Counted from the first letter of the whole stretch, positions 1-15,145 are shown. The stretch is 62,985 bases of DNA, filler included, from Octopus bimaculoides (GCF_001194135.2; 5 parts of 4 records of this genome joined end to end with filler, not necessarily neighbours in it); one strand, 5' to 3'. The notes: generated from the letters alone by a model not told the origin. Program-made: numbers and translations.

Positions 1-84
1 CCCCCCCCCCCCGCTCGAAAAGAAAAAAACTCTGCATTTGTATTTTGTAACCTCTGTGTTGAGCCCTGCGTGGCTAATAAAGAA

Positions 85-87
85 ACA

Positions 88-131
<44 letters not shown>

Positions 132-140
132 CATCTATCC

Positions 141-192
<52 letters not shown>
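85..192. repeat. (CTAT)n microsatellite
   Basis: Direct tandem tetranucleotide array; explains ORF 38..292 (IYLS repeats). Confidence 0.97.
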
Positions 193-193
<1 letters not shown>

Positions 194-2425
194 AGTCATC
201 TTTCACCTAATCCATTGTGCCCAAAGCCTTGGTTACACCACGCACACCATCGTTTTCAATATCAACCTGCTGTTATTTCCAGCAAGGGATAACAGGCCGT
301 CGATAATACTACCTTTATACGATACTTTACCTCGTGCATCCAGGTATCATCCACACGTAACCTAGAGACGTCACATCAAACCAAAGCGACAGCCGTAAAA
401 GCTGATCATTTAAACATTCTATACTTAAAATGAAAAGGATGTGATTTTTTTTCATTCAACACCTACAAAATCAATTTATATATTTATCACATATTATTTC
501 AAACTCATCCGCTTTATTCTCACAAAATTCGACTTAGATACTCAAAACCTCTGCATATTGTTATCTCCATATATCACTGCGGACAGCCTCTGATGATATC
601 TCATCGACAATATATAATGAAAACAGCGTTGGGAAGTATTGACCTTCATTACTGCAAAAATTTGCATCGTCCTTGAAATACTGCTGTTTTTACAATATAC
701 AGCTAACATCAATGATACATTAATGATCATAAATGGCAAAAAGAGCATAAAATAAATTAGAATGCATAAAAACAATCCGATTGATTGGGAAGTTTCCATC
801 AACTTCAAACGAAAGAATGAACTTCAATGACGTGCTTTCCGTTCATTCTGCGGCTTATACTATAATTACGGCTGTCTCTGATTTCGGTGCTCCTCCGTTC
901 GTTATCGTCTTCGAACTATTGTTTTTGTCACGCCATCATCTCTTTTCCTCTCGCAACAGTCAGTCTATGTCTTTGATTTTTGAGCAAAGGCAAACAATGC
1001 TTACTCGTTATTCCAGTAAGCAACTTGCAGCAATCTGTGATTCCATTTTTGCAAGTGTTCTCCACATATCCCTACTCACAAAATATCAAGTGGGACACCA
1101 AATATTTCTAAGTACAGAAGCCTCAACACGAAATACGAATATTTGCTCAATCATCAATCTTTGCACATAATATATTTACGAATACAGGAATAAGCATAAA
1201 AGATACATGCATACGTTTGTACATAGTTAAACACACACACACACACACACATAAAAACACACACACGCGTACACACATAAAAGTATAAATCGTTGGTGAA
1301 ACTATGATGTTCTGGTAGTTTGATGAGCTACCCTCCTTTGTCTGCATTAATTCGTGAATATAGAATTGTAATGTATAATGCCGAGTATGTATATTAGTGC
1401 AGGTATGTAGACATAATTTATTGAAATGACTTTTACGCGGTGAAAACTGGTTAAATAAATATATCCTCCTCTCATACATACTGACTTTTTAGAGTTTATA
1501 TTAAATAATCCCATCGATCGGATTTCCTGCATTTCAGTTGTATGAAACTCTGCATTATACTTCTTATGGATTACTATGTGGTTTGCTAGCCGAGTCCGCT
1601 AGAGGAGATTTCTGTGATAGCCATCCGATTCTATGATTCCATATATTTCATTACACTAAAACTTTATACACACACACACAAACACTCACACAGTGTTACG
1701 TATATTTGAGAATCGGTAAGTATGTGTGAGAATTTGCATGTATATATATGTATATATGTATATATATNNNNNNNNNNNNNNNNNNNNNNNNNNNNNNNNN
1801 NNNNNNNNNNNNNNNNNNNNNNNNNNNNNNNNNNNNNNNNNNNNNNNNNNNNNNNNNNNNNNNNNNNNNNNNNNNNNNNNNNNNNNNNNNNNNNNNNNNN
1901 NNNNNNNNNNNNNNNNNNNNNNNNNNNNNNNNNNNNNNNNNNNNNNNNNNNNNNNNNNNNNNNNNNNNNNNNNNNNNNNNNNNATATATATATATATATA
2001 AATATAAAGCTCTCGTTTTTATCGAGTTTTAATCTACCATTCCTCTTCCAATATCTATATACAAAAAGATGATAAAAAGTACGTATATAACTTTATCACA
2101 TTATACAGCTCTAGCTGTTCCACCTATCTCTGATTCGCCGTTAAAAAAAATTTTATGTCTATCAATTTGATATCAATTTATCGAAATGTCTATCTATTTT
2201 CCCTAAAATTCTCTCACTCTGTCTTTAATCCTACATAGAAAAATAAGTATGTATGTGTATGTACTTCTGTATTTGTTTGTGTATGTGTATGTACTTGTGT
2301 ATGTATCTGGCGTCGATATTTATGCGTGTCTGAGCTTTTTTCCTATACCTTACTAAGCTGATAAATATTACAATATATGTGGGTGGTGTGCTTTTTGTGA
2401 AGGTTTGTGTGCTTATGTATGCCGT

Positions 2426-2426
<1 letters not shown>

Positions 2427-2512
<86 letters not shown>
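2427..2512. repeat. (CA)n microsatellite
   Basis: Pure CA array; source of the HTHT/VCVC pseudo-ORFs. Confidence 0.98.
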
Positions 2513-2515
<3 letters not shown>

Positions 2516-3755
2516 GGAGCTTATATATATAGAAAATTGTCGTTCCGAACACAAATCGGATAAATGTAAGTGAAAATCAAGTACTTAGACTTCATTAAAA
2601 ACAAAGACCAAGAATAAATATACGGTGCATACAATATTAACATCATAATTGTAAGTTATGATGCACTTGTAATTATATTGTCATATAAATGTACAAAACG
2701 TATATTTTCAACATTGTAATGCACGAAATATATTTGATTAGAGCGATTTCTGATGTTTAAAGTTATGTAGTTAGACAGCAACTACAAAGATACCTGTAAG
2801 CTACGAACTCTCCCCTACTTGCGACAATCCGTCTATGACACCGATACAAGGCTGCACACACAAAATGCTTCACAGGACAGGAAACATATCTTTTTTTATA
2901 TAGTTCAGCCTAATATATATATATATATATATATACATATACATACATACATACGTACGTACATATATATATATATATANNNNNNNNNNNNNNNNNNNNN
3001 NNNNNNNNNNNNNNNNNNNNNNNNNNNNNNNNNNNNNNNNNNNNNNNNNNNNNNNNNNNNNNNNNNNNNNNNNNNNNNNNNNNNNNNNNNNNNNNNNNNN
3101 NNNNNNNNNNNNNNNNNNNNNNNNNNNNNNNNNNNNNNNNNNNNNNNNNNNNNNNNNNNNNNNNNNNNNNNNNNNNNNNNNNNNNNNNNNNNNNNNNNNN
3201 NNNNNNNNNNNNNNNNNNNNNNNNNNNNNNNNNNNNNNNNNNNNNNNNNNNNNNNNNNNNNNNNNNNNNNNNNNNNNNNNNNNNNNNNNNNNNNNNNNNN
3301 NNNNNNNNNNNNNNNNNNNNNNNNNNNNNNNNNNNNNNCATACATTCATACACATATGTATGTACACATAAATATGTAAGTATTCGTGTACGTTTGTGCG
3401 TATGTATGTGTCATGTGTGTGAGTGTGTGTGTGTATGTGAGTGTGTTTATCTGTTATATTTGGGAGAAGTGGAGTCATATTTGATTAAGCTTATAAATAC
3501 CTTGATCGTTTATTGCTTTCCTCTATTTCACTTCGCTTTCATTTTACAAACATTTGAGGTTTGTTTATGTCACCCAAAACATTGTTTGCGACATCAGTCT
3601 GTAGCTTTCTCAATGGGTGTTTGCTTTTTGTTTCTTTCAAATGCTTGATTTTCAGTTGAAATCATATATTTAGCTGCTAAATAACCGTTCCTGGAGCAAA
3701 TTCCCGAACAGCGTTGAAGTATTCGGGGAGAAAATGGGGAAAGACCATCTCAAGC

Positions 3756-4142
3756 TGTTGTTGTTGGCACTCCGTCGCTTACGACGTCGAGGGTTCCAGT
3801 CGATCCGATCAACGGAACAGCCTGCTCGTGAAATTAACGTGCAAGTGGCTGAGTAATCCACAGACACGTGTACCCTTAACGTAGTTGTCGGGGATATTCA
3901 GCATGACACAGTGTGACAACGCTGACAGCTTGAATTACAGGCACAACAGAAACAGGAAGTAAGAGTGAGAGAAAGTTGTGGTGAAAGAGTACAGCAGGGT
4001 TCACCACCATCCCCTGTCGGAGCATCGTGGAGCTTTAGGTGTTTTCGCTCAATAAACACTCACAACGCCCCGTCTGGAAATCGAAACCTCGATCTTATGA
4101 CCGCGAGTCCGCTGCCCTAACCACTGGGCCATTGCGCCTCCA
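3756..4142 (-). mobile_element. tRNA-derived SINE, family A (about 390 bp, (AAC)n tail)
   Basis: Minus strand begins TGGAGGCGCAATGGCCCAGTGGTTAGGGCAGCGGACTCGCGGTCATAAGATCGAGGTTTCGATTTCC (A/B-box tRNA-like head). A closely similar copy lies at 49251-49633. Confidence 0.9.
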
Positions 4143-7100
4143 CATCATCTCAAGCTACATGGAAGAGATATCTTGCAGCAAATGCGGAAGGTTTGTAGGG
4201 GCTTACTGGGGAGTAACAAGAAAGAAGTCAAGCATCCTCCCATTATCATGTTATAAAAAAAACACAGAGCCTAAAATAATGTCCTGGAAAAAATTATTTG
4301 CAGAAACTCAAATTACGACAGATTACAGCAAGTATACAAATACAGCAGGTAGGCCACACAGTACATTTCATATTTAATGGATTTACAAGCCACCAAGAAA
4401 ATGGAACAAAAATACGATAAGTGAACAAATAACTCTGGTCATCCAATGTGTGCTCAATCAGACGAATGTATATTTGTTTTGTTGTTAGGTTTAAAAAACT
4501 CAAGCAAACATAAGCATTAGCAGCACCCTTGGGTATTTAACAAAATTATTTGATATAATTCGAAAGGCAAGAATTTACAAATGTATACATATTAAGCAAG
4601 TTAAAGATGGGTGCAGCAAAAAATATTTGTGGCACATAAAACGGCGTCAAATTTTATGGAAATAAACCTGAAAAGTGAAATGTAGCCAAACAACAAATGT
4701 CGAGCGAGTTTTCAATCTTCATTATTTATGACTCTTCCCAAATATAACAATACTTGCTTCTCTGATCATAGTTGTAGCAAAATAAATATTTAAAGACCCC
4801 TTGGTAAGCATTTAAAATTATGGGCATATGTGTATCATACTTAATGCAGATACACCGGGAAATGCAGACTAATTGCAGTATTCGTCCAGATAGATTATCT
4901 CTTGCGGGCTTACTATGTTAAAACACGCAAAAATATATCAGTAGGGTGCGAAAATCGTGCAAAAGCTGCGGTGAGAATGCTATACGCACATGTTTGTCGC
5001 CTTGGGCATTGTCAGAAAGAGATATACACTACCAACCGTATGCTAACACAAAATACGTGGTAAGTAAAATAAAAATACAAGTGATTGAAAAATTATCGGT
5101 GTTTCAATTAGATTCCCCTTCAGTTGGCAGTTGATAGTGGGTACAAGCTACTGATTAAGGTGAACGAGGCAGAAATGCGGATCTTTGGCTCTCACAAATG
5201 CTGCTGAGTGGTTTCTCTCAGGTAATGATATATATTTTTGTTTTTAAAAATTATATGTCCGTTATAGATATTATTTCCGGACGAACATCACAGTAAATTT
5301 GTATTAAACACAATAGACAAAGTGCTATTTGAATTTAATACTGCTCGTGTTGTGCATAACGAGTGTATAAGTATATATATGTGTATATAGAATATCAATC
5401 GTTTATCGAAATCACCTCCTTCGAGATGTTCAAGATGTTGAACAAAAACGTTCTAGAAAATTGACAGGACAAACCCAACAATTAGAGAGAAAAAAGGTGA
5501 AGTAACACTAGAATGGTCCATGTTTTAGTGATGATGATTGCCAAGAATCATGCGCTCAGGTGTTCGTTTCATGGATATTCTTTGTCAGCGAGAATATGTA
5601 ATACAGTGATTATTTAAAGTTTTAAATTCGGGTAAGATTTGAACGATGACGAAATCGTACCTTTTTTTGATAACATTCCTCTAACCCGCTTAGGAATACA
5701 CAAGGCCCTATTTCTTTTGTCATAATTTTCGTGATTTAAGATATCGTGAAACGATAACCGGAATAAACCACACTTGGCTTAGTGGCCTACACACAATGGC
5801 AGTGTATTATGTGTTGGTCTCCTGTCTATAGAGATGACAACAAACTATAACTCACGTCGATTAAATGAACGTGTATATAATCAGACACTCTGAAATCGAT
5901 TACGTTTACACTTGACACCAATTGTCGCTGAAATATTTACATCCTACAGACGGACGGCCAAATCATGTCTGCCTTAAAGGAGATGCAGTTTTCTGTGCAA
6001 ATAGCTGATGATTTTCAAGTTTCGTGTGTTGTAAAATTTCGAGAAAGTGACGACGACATCCTTACCTGTCATGTAGATACACCAATAAAAAACAAAACAA
6101 ACTAATGTCACTTTAAGAGCAAAACCCAACAATGTCTCTTGAATGGAAAAGTACAAGGTTAAATGCTCTCATCTGGAAGACATTTGATGTTTCCTTTAAA
6201 TTCTGTTTGTAGCTACATCTGAATATGTGGACGTGCTCTATGACCGCAAAGTGGAGCTGAGTCAAAATGTATTTAATAATATATAAAGCCAACTGCTGCG
6301 AGCAGGCAGAGTCATGTGTGACAAAAAATGCTTAGCCGCTTATCTTACGGTTCCTTATTTTCAGAGTTTCTTTTACATTGATTCCCGATCGATAACATAC
6401 GGTACCGATCAATTGATGTGATCAATATAAACGACTTGCTCGCTTCCATCAAATTATTGATCTTCAAGGCTTCAGTACCGGCGTCCCTTTCAGGCAAAGA
6501 CATTGGACTATGTCACTGGAACGTCATGAGAATCGAGTAACCAAGCTGATACATCCCAGGGAAGGAAAGAAAAAAGTTTTACTCAGAATTTTGAGTGGAC
6601 ACAAACCACTCACACACAAGCGCGCGCACACACAAACTCACACACACACAAACGTACATATAGATACACACGTACGAACTCTCTCTCTCTCACACACACA
6701 CACTTGAATATACATCTAATTATTTTAGAGTCAGTCTGTACCGATATTATCTAAAAGTATGTCGATAGGCTTCTACGTGTGTAGCTGCTTTCACGGCGAT
6801 TTTATGCTTCGGGTTTCTATTTGTGTGTTTTTGAAATCATATATTTTTGGTATAAAAACAATCTGTACCTAAATGATTAATGGTTCTAAAAGCAGATGGA
6901 ATTATCTACAGATAAAATATAAACTACAGATAGTCTGCCCACATACACACATCTACAGACATATAAATATATGATATCATGTATGTATATGTACACACAC
7001 AGATNNNNNNNNNNNNNNNNNNNNNNNNNNNNNNNNNNNNNNNNNNNNNNNNNNNNNNNNNNNNNNNNNNNNNNNNNNNNNNNNNNNNNNNNNNNNNNNN

Positions 7101-7226
7101 NNNNNNNNNNNNNNNNNNNNNNNNNNNNNNNNNNNNNNNNNNNNNNNNNNNNNNNNNNNNNNNNNNNNNNNNNNNNNNNNNNNNNNNNNNNNNNNNNNNN
7201 NNNNNNNNNNNNNNNNNNNNNNNNNN

Positions 7227-7259
<33 letters not shown>

Positions 7260-7652
7260 TATATATGTCGTATTAGGAAAATAGCACATTATGTTCCGGG
7301 TTATAAACACACCATAGTTGATTTAACTTTCTATCATTAAATCCACAAAGAGGTTAATGAGTTTATTTGATTAAACAAATATTAAATAGTATTTAATAAT
7401 GTTTGTGTACATAAACTATTTGTCGCCATTTGGATTGGTAATCACACAACTCCGTCACTTCACTTCAAACACGCGTGATTTAAAGATTAGTCACTGAATA
7501 GATTCATAATTAACGCAGTTATGTATATATGAACACACCCCCACACAAACACATACAAGCACGCACATACTCTCACTTTCTCTAACACACATACGCACAC
7601 TCATATATGTATATGTACGTGTACATATACATATGTATACACATATCTATGT

Positions 7653-7711
<59 letters not shown>

Positions 7712-8103
7712 TTCCAATTTTAAGTAGACCATTACGAAAGGAATGGTACGCTAATTTAAAATATATGCTAGAATGTTCATTTAGCAAAATTTACGGACAA
7801 TTATGACTAATATTGTTAAAACAGGGCATAACAATACCCGATTAGGAATAAAAACACTTAAATTGGAGGTACATTACGAATTGAAGGAAAACATCTTTTT
7901 CTATCTTTTATACGAAAAGGGACTAAAATCTTAACCGTGCTCGTGAATTTATACACAAGATATATAAAACATGATTTTATATCTTCCACTTTGTGCGTGT
8001 GTATATATGTATATATCCATGCACATTTTTGCACTTGCAGCAACTATTGCAGTTAAATCGTCTTTTATCACACACAGATATGAAGAAATATATACGAGGG
8101 GTT

Positions 8104-8406
8104 ACATACATAGATATGAGACCGTATATGTATGTGTGTGTGTGAATGTCTTTGTACAGCGATGGATTCGAGTGTTTCGATTATTCACGAGTTGATTTTT
8201 TAATTTCACCGGAGTATAAATAACTATAATGGTGAAACTCTTCTCAAATTCCATGCAATATTTTCTATAAGTATTTCATATTGTTTACTTTCTTTTTCAT
8301 ATGAATCGACCTTCGTCTGCGTGTGCACAGATCATGATATTCCTATGCGCATAGACACGTGTGGGTACATACATACATAAATACATAGATATGCAACTGT
8401 TTGTGA

Positions 8407-8495
<89 letters not shown>

Positions 8496-8972
8496 TTTAT
8501 GGGTTTCCTTTATTTACGAGTTTATTTCTTAATTTCACCGGAGTATAATTACCTATAATGGTGATGCTTAAAAGAAAAAAATCGATTTTACAGATTTCGT
8601 GATAAGCAGGTGGTCATATTATTTATATCCTACAACGAACTACAAATACGTTCGATTCAACTGTCATCAATGAACGAAACTGAAAAAAACTTCTAAAATT
8701 TTATGCAATATTTTCTATATCATTTTGTTAACTTTATTCATATGGATCGCCCCTCGTCTGCGAGTGTACAGATCATGGTGTACTTATGTGCGTAGTCACT
8801 TTGCGTGTGGGTAAATGCATAGATACATAAATACATACGTAGATATGCGACTGTGCTTTGTGTGTGTGTATGTGTCTGTGTGTGCATACAATGATGGATT
8901 CGAGGGTTTAATTTATTTACGAGTTTATTTCTTAATTTCACCGGAGTATAAATACCTATAATGGTGACACTC
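8104..8972 (+). repeat. Diverged tandem triplication (units about 330-400 bp) with conserved 36-bp core
   Basis: TTAATTTCACCGGAGTATAA(A/T)TA(A/C)CTATAATGGTGA at 8200, 8529 and 8932; flanks are alignable by eye. Confidence 0.9.
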
Positions 8973-9371
8973 AAAAAAAAAAAAAAAAATTTAGTTCAAT
9001 TGAATTAAAAAGCATGAGGAAGCAAAGCATTGTAAGCCAGACTGTATTCTGCGAAAAAAATTACCTGCGCGCGGAATATACATCGCCCCTCCAACGCCTT
9101 TACTTGTTATATTGCTCGGGAGTTAACAGCTGAGCAACTTTAGAACAACTAGTTTATTAACCATAATTTTGAAAGATTTATTCTAGCTTGTAACTTCCAA
9201 TATATTCCACTTTATTACGTCCTTTTTTAATATGTGGTTTTAGTTTGTATTTTAACATATTTATATTTTCTTTCCGTTTATTATTTATCTTTAAATTTAA
9301 TATATATGTATATGTGTGTGTGTATATGTGTGTATGTGTGTATGTTTGTATGTGTGTGTATGTGTGTGTGT

Positions 9372-9413
<42 letters not shown>

Positions 9414-9429
9414 AAATTCAAAATTGTTA

Positions 9430-9715
9430 CGACGATGAGAGTCTGATCAACGGAACAGCTTGCTCGCGAAATGAACGTGAAAGAGGCTGAGTCCTCCAGA
9501 GATACGCTTTCTCTGAACGTAGTTCTCAGTCAGATTCAACATGATACAGAACTTGGCGAGACTGGTCCCTCTGAATTACAGGTAAAACTCATTTATGGCA
9601 GCTGTGTGAACGGGAGTTCAGTGAACTGCTAAAAAAATACAACTGGCTACCGGGAATCGAACTCACGACCTGGCGACTGTGAGCCGAATACCTTTACCAT
9701 AATGCCACGCTCCTT
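9430..9715 (-). mobile_element. Degenerate family A-related SINE
   Basis: Shares GATCAACGGAACAGC..GCTCG and GAATTACAGG blocks with 3756-4142; tRNA-like head at 9650-9715. Confidence 0.7.
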
Positions 9716-9756
9716 CACAACACTCACACAATTCCCCACCACCACGTATATGTATC

Positions 9757-9790
<34 letters not shown>

Positions 9791-11419
9791 AAGATAGATA
9801 TAGACAAATATTGGTGTAATGAATAACTTGCAACAAAAAAATGTTGATTTATTGATGTTTTCTTCATCGCTAGAATATGTAATCCTTACCAAACGACAAA
9901 CATGATCGGCTTCACGTGAGAAGGGGAGATAATCACAAGTTCCATTTATCCTCCAAAACGGGCATGCCATTATGGAAAGGAACACCATTAGTGTCTGAAG
10001 ACTAGAGGTTAGTCCGCTGCACTTGTTTTTCGCTGAATAAGCTTCATCAGCACGATCGCCATTCCCATTCGTTAATCACACCTCAATTTCTGAGAATTCT
10101 TGAAACGTGAGATTATCTACATTTCTAAGTGGGACACTGATCATAATTGCCATTTTGTTAATTATTATAGAGCCCCGCTAGAATGATTGTAGTGTATGTA
10201 TAAGATGTAAGTATATAGAATTTTATTTTCGTCAATCAGTCTCTTTCTACAGTGAGTTTCGCCTGTGGCTATAGAGGATCTTCAGGTAAGTCACGACTTT
10301 GTGCATCCAGAGGCAAAACTCAGAGAAGGAAATAAAACTGAGTGGACCAAAATAATGTTATTAATCTCTTATATGATATCGAGTATTCTGTCTCCCAACA
10401 GTCAACAGTAAACGGATATATGTACACGCGCGCGCCCCCACCCACTTCATCGCTCACGCACGCAAAACAATATTCACACACACACACACACACACACATA
10501 CACACACACACACACACACCAACGCACACGCGCACACGTATCTACACATAAAACCATAAGCATCTTTGCGCAGTCGTGTCGTTTCTCGTCTGCTCATGCT
10601 AAATGATCTATGCATAACATTGTATGTAAATACACTTATACAAAGATAAATATACTAGCATTCAAATAAAAGCTTACGCACACATACACTCATACAGTCT
10701 CAGCTACACAGACACACACACACTTATATCCTCTGAACAACATTACACACATTGTGTTTGATGTTTGCACTTTCATATATTTAAACATTTAGCCAATATC
10801 CTCTAACACGCAATGACACTTTCATGTAAAAATCAGGTAATATTTTTGTGGTAACACCTGACATACCGTACAGAAAGCAACGATGAAAATTTGCCTTCGA
10901 AGTAACTATGTAAGATTACAAAGACTGAATTCTATGCTATCCTATACGTGTACACATACAATCACACAAGTGCACAAAGACACTCTAATATACAGGCACT
11001 TACCAGAGAGAAAGATAAACAGATACAGTTACTCACGCATATATAGACATTCCTTTCATTTTCATTTCATTCATTTACACCTTTACGTCATCGCATTTAT
11101 CTTGTTAATATAGCTTCGAGATTTTATGTTTTCGCTTTCCCTTTTCTATATTTTGTTTCGCTTTCCTATTTTTGCTTGCATGTCGAAATTCTGCTCTTAT
11201 TCCCTGATGTCGTCAAAGTTAATAGGTTTTGCAAAGTAAAGCAAAACAAGAGGCAGGTTTGAAAATTCGTATTATCCAACGATAATTAATATAATGGCTT
11301 CACTGCTTCAACAATCACATTTTCACTCTATCCATTTCTCCATGTATATATTTCAGTCTTTCCCTTTCTCTACACAGCTGTTTGCTCCTCTCTTTTCTAT
11401 CCTCCATCTTTTTAATTAC

Positions 11420-11628
11420 CTCCGTATATATGTATATGTATATGTATGCATGTATATATGTATGTATGTATGTATGTATATGTATGCGTGTTTGTATGTA
11501 TGTATGCATATATATATATATGCATGCATGTATGTATGTATGTATGTATGTATGTATGTATGTATGCATGTATGTATGTATATATGTATATGCATGTTTG
11601 TATATATATGTATATATGTATGTATATA

Positions 11629-11690
<62 letters not shown>

Positions 11691-11697
11691 TATATTA
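11420..11697. repeat. Compound (TATG)n/(TA)n microsatellite
   Basis: Direct inspection; source of six overlapping pseudo-ORFs. Confidence 0.97.
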
Positions 11698-12979
11698 TTA
11701 ATAATTTGTGCATGTATGTAAGTGTATAGATACACACACACACGAACACATACACACATGCATATATATATATATATGTATGAGAGAGATGACAGACAGA
11801 CAGAGTGGGTTAAAGAGAAAGGAGGGGAAAAGAGATTGAGACTGAGAGAGTTGAAGAAAGAGAGACACGCAAGTATGAGTGCATAGCAAAGACGTTCGCT
11901 TCAGAACAGAAGAGTCCTATTTCGGTCACAATCCAGAGCAGCTCGGTTAGATGCATCCATCATACATAAACAAACTCATACAAATATTTGAGTGTGCCTC
12001 AGTGAGTGTATATGGGTAAGTGCCGGAGTGAGTTGGCTTTTGTGTGTGTTCTTCATTGACACCATTAGAAATACCCTGAGCCAGAGAATGCCACATTAGA
12101 TTCCTATATTTTACGACGCATTGCTTCAGTATTTACAAAAATCAAAACAAATATTATTTCTTCATACAGGTGGACACAATAAAAAGAAAAAGAAAAAGAA
12201 AAGCACACACATGTTGAAACTAATCGAGAATGTAGTGAGAATGCTATAAACTTTATAATACTAGTTTCCTTTTCAATATCGATTCATGTAAATTGTCCAA
12301 TGAATATCTCCAACGAAAAATATATGCTATCTTTTCATCTTAGTGTTTGGATATTTGCATGCAAAAAACCTTTCACATACACACAATTATTTGTTTGTAC
12401 ACAACATTATTTGTGTTTTGTCTCGTATACATAAACTTCGTCCGGTAGAGGGGCTAGTATTAAGGAGTTACAGGGCTTTGAAGAGAGAGTGTGGAAACAC
12501 ATCTTATTCACTAGCGTTCCCAGGTCTTCTCTGACCCGGAGTTGTACCATTGTCAGAATAACGATAATGGTTTAATTAGCAGGATTTGGAAGAAACAAAC
12601 TTTTTCTGCTCAGTCAAAAGAAGAATCTAAAGGAGCCAACCTCGACCGCAAATCAAAAGAATGGAAGACTCCAGGTGGTTCGGAGCCCTCTTTGGCATCA
12701 TTCTGGTAGGTCAAGTGTAGTTGGAGATCTCCAGCCGTGTAAGGCAATTCACTTAAGAAAAGCCACTGGTGACAGCTTGCTGGCAAACACATCCGTCCGA
12801 GCCTGCTGGGACATCATGATCCAACCAACAAGTGAAAGAATGAGAACATATTGTGCAGACTGAATTTCAATTTCAAACAGAGGCAAGAAAAGAACTTGAC
12901 CGTCAATGATCGGTTTACAATGCTACTTGAGGAGAAGCCACTCTTCGTCATGATTTTCGGACAGGAAGGATCTGCCATC

Positions 12980-13017
<38 letters not shown>

Positions 13018-13546
13018 CATGCATATTAGCGGTTGTACGCACTTCCCTCATCCAAGCTAGAAAAGTCTCTGCACCCAGCGGATGATCCAGTCACTCTCTC
13101 AATACAACTACCCTTAGAAATTGCATTTATATACCATAATCCACTCCACCTCCCAACACTCTGGAAATCAGCTGATTAGTTGGAACCCCACCAGTGTTAA
13201 CTACTCCTGGACACATGTGTGCTTGACTCTTGAGGCCTGTTTGAAATAGGTCGGGCAATGATTGAAACTATCCTTCATCATTAATATAGCAAAAAAATAT
13301 CCAGTGCTTAAGTTCATGCATTTCGTTCAATTATGTTTTGTGTTGAGGAGGATGTCTCGGCAACGAGCAATTCATGCAACATGTATCTAAATTCACTCCC
13401 CAACATCAACGACAGGGTGACGTACAACCAGTGAAACAACACCTACAATGTCAATATTCAAAAGCGTGTGTATGTGTGAGATGAGGATGAAACATCGCTG
13501 TGAAACATATGTAACCTGGATCTTATCTATTCTGTTCCTTAACTCT

Positions 13547-13583
<37 letters not shown>

Positions 13584-14327
13584 AGACCTTATCTTAAATG
13601 CTTTCGGGATCTATAGAATTAGTAGCACCTGGGCACTTGGGTTCGACGTAATCCACTTAATCCGCTCCTCCGAAGTTACTGGACTTGTACTAAAATTTGA
13701 ACCAACCCCTATGTCTAAAAATGCAATCAGTTTGCTTAAACTGTTATTTGTACTTAACGGAAAACGCTTTAACTTTCAAATCACCGTAGTTAAGTCAACA
13801 CTACTTATTAGTTGCCTTATGCGCGTCTGTATGTATAAGAACAGTTACACATAAAACAGTACAATCATACAAATATATATGCGTACAAACACTTGCACAT
13901 TTACATATATATGTTTTGCCCAGCGTAAGAGTAAAGTTGTGAGTGATTGAGGAAGATCGAACTGCGCATGCACTATACTAGTACTTATTCTGCAGCTGCT
14001 GTGAGGACTATAATAATGTGTAATAATCTACCTTACTCACGGTCTCACCGTGCCGTATCGTCCAGAGATGTAAACCAAGACCTTATGATCGTGAAACATA
14101 AACGTTATTCACTTGGCCAAACAATCTGAATGTCTTAGTAAAAACTTGAATTATGATTGTTAGAAGCAAAATATTGGACGAATATCAGATGTAAAGTTGA
14201 CATGATGTTAATTAGTATTAAGTGCCAAAGGTTCAACAGGCTAAATGTGAATACTTAAGAAGTAATTTAAGGATTAGATCTATATATATATATATATATG
14301 AAATATTATATTGGGAAAAGTTCCCAA

Positions 14328-14398
<71 letters not shown>

Positions 14399-14452
14399 AT
14401 CTTTCAATATATGTCTGTCTGTCATTCTCTCTCTCTCTCTCATACACCCCCC

Positions 14453-14552
14453 NNNNNNNNNNNNNNNNNNNNNNNNNNNNNNNNNNNNNNNNNNNNTTAA
14501 TTAATTAANNNNNNNNNNNNNNNNNNNNNNNNNNNNNNNNNNNNNNNNNNNN
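14453..14552. other. Assembly join spacer (44 N + TTAATTAATTAA + 44 N)
   Basis: The 12-mer at 14497-14508 gives stops in all six frames; the same construct recurs three more times. Confidence 0.92.
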
Positions 14553-15145
14553 TATATATATGTGTGTGTACATACATACATATATGATGGCCGTCCACTC
14601 TTGACCGAGGAAGACCATTGCCGACGTTCAGGAACATTCTGCGCTTTAGTACTAACTTACATTTTGCATTTACGGCTCCGTTGTTGGCTAATGAGCCCTG
14701 CTACACACACATGAGCATCCACACTGTTTCTGTCAGTTAAATTCCCTCCACTCACAAGGCATAAGGCATTGTTTTGCCCGGGGTTATAAAAAGATGTTTG
14801 GGCACTGTCATGGTATTAGCTGTCAGAAGCGAAAGTAGAAAAATCTAACTAAACAAGGAATGTTACTGCTGGTTTGAGTTGAAATCTGTTTCTTTGGCTA
14901 CTGACTGGCCGGAGCTATCTATCTATCTATCTATCTATCTATCTGTAAGAGAACAGAATTAGAAATAGAATTGTTGTAGAGTTTCGTGGGTTTTTTTCTT
15001 CTTTTCAATGAACACCGCATTTAATTTAGCAATCGCGAATATGTAAGTGTTGACATTAAAAGTAATATTCATTTATTACTATGGGTGAATGATCCACACA
15101 TACTCACAAACACAAATTAGACGGTTGACAGTGGTTCCATTTATA

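Noticed and set aside
540-1170. ORFs 542..808 and 781..1170
   Set aside because: No recognisable domain; possibly a decayed LINE but the motifs were not convincing.
5950-6137. Plus-strand terminal exon TDGQIMSALKEMQF..KTN* (5950-6105) or overlapping minus-strand exon ETLLGFALKVTLVCFVFYWCIYMT
   Set aside because: Two mutually competing readings, neither with recognisable homology; unsupported without expression data.
8200-8967. 36-bp repeated core as a CRISPR repeat
   Set aside because: Eukaryotic context, 300-370 bp homologous inter-repeat sequence, only three copies and no cas genes.
9888-9995. Minus-strand exon TLMVFLSIMACPFWRINGTCDYLPFSREADHVCRL with a gtaagg donor
   Set aside because: Splice signals are plausible, but such matches are expected by chance in 63 kb and no partner exon or homology was found.
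10020-10055. Minus-strand CTGATGA-A-GCT..AGC-GAAA as a hammerhead
   Set aside because: No UH triplet and no stem I partner downstream; probably chance.
12661-12705. ATG in good context encoding MEDSRWFGALFGIIL followed by gtaggt (possible signal-peptide first exon)
   Set aside because: Only 15 codons, phase incompatible with the 15841 exon, separated from it by a scaffold join, and the surroundings look like an old repeat.
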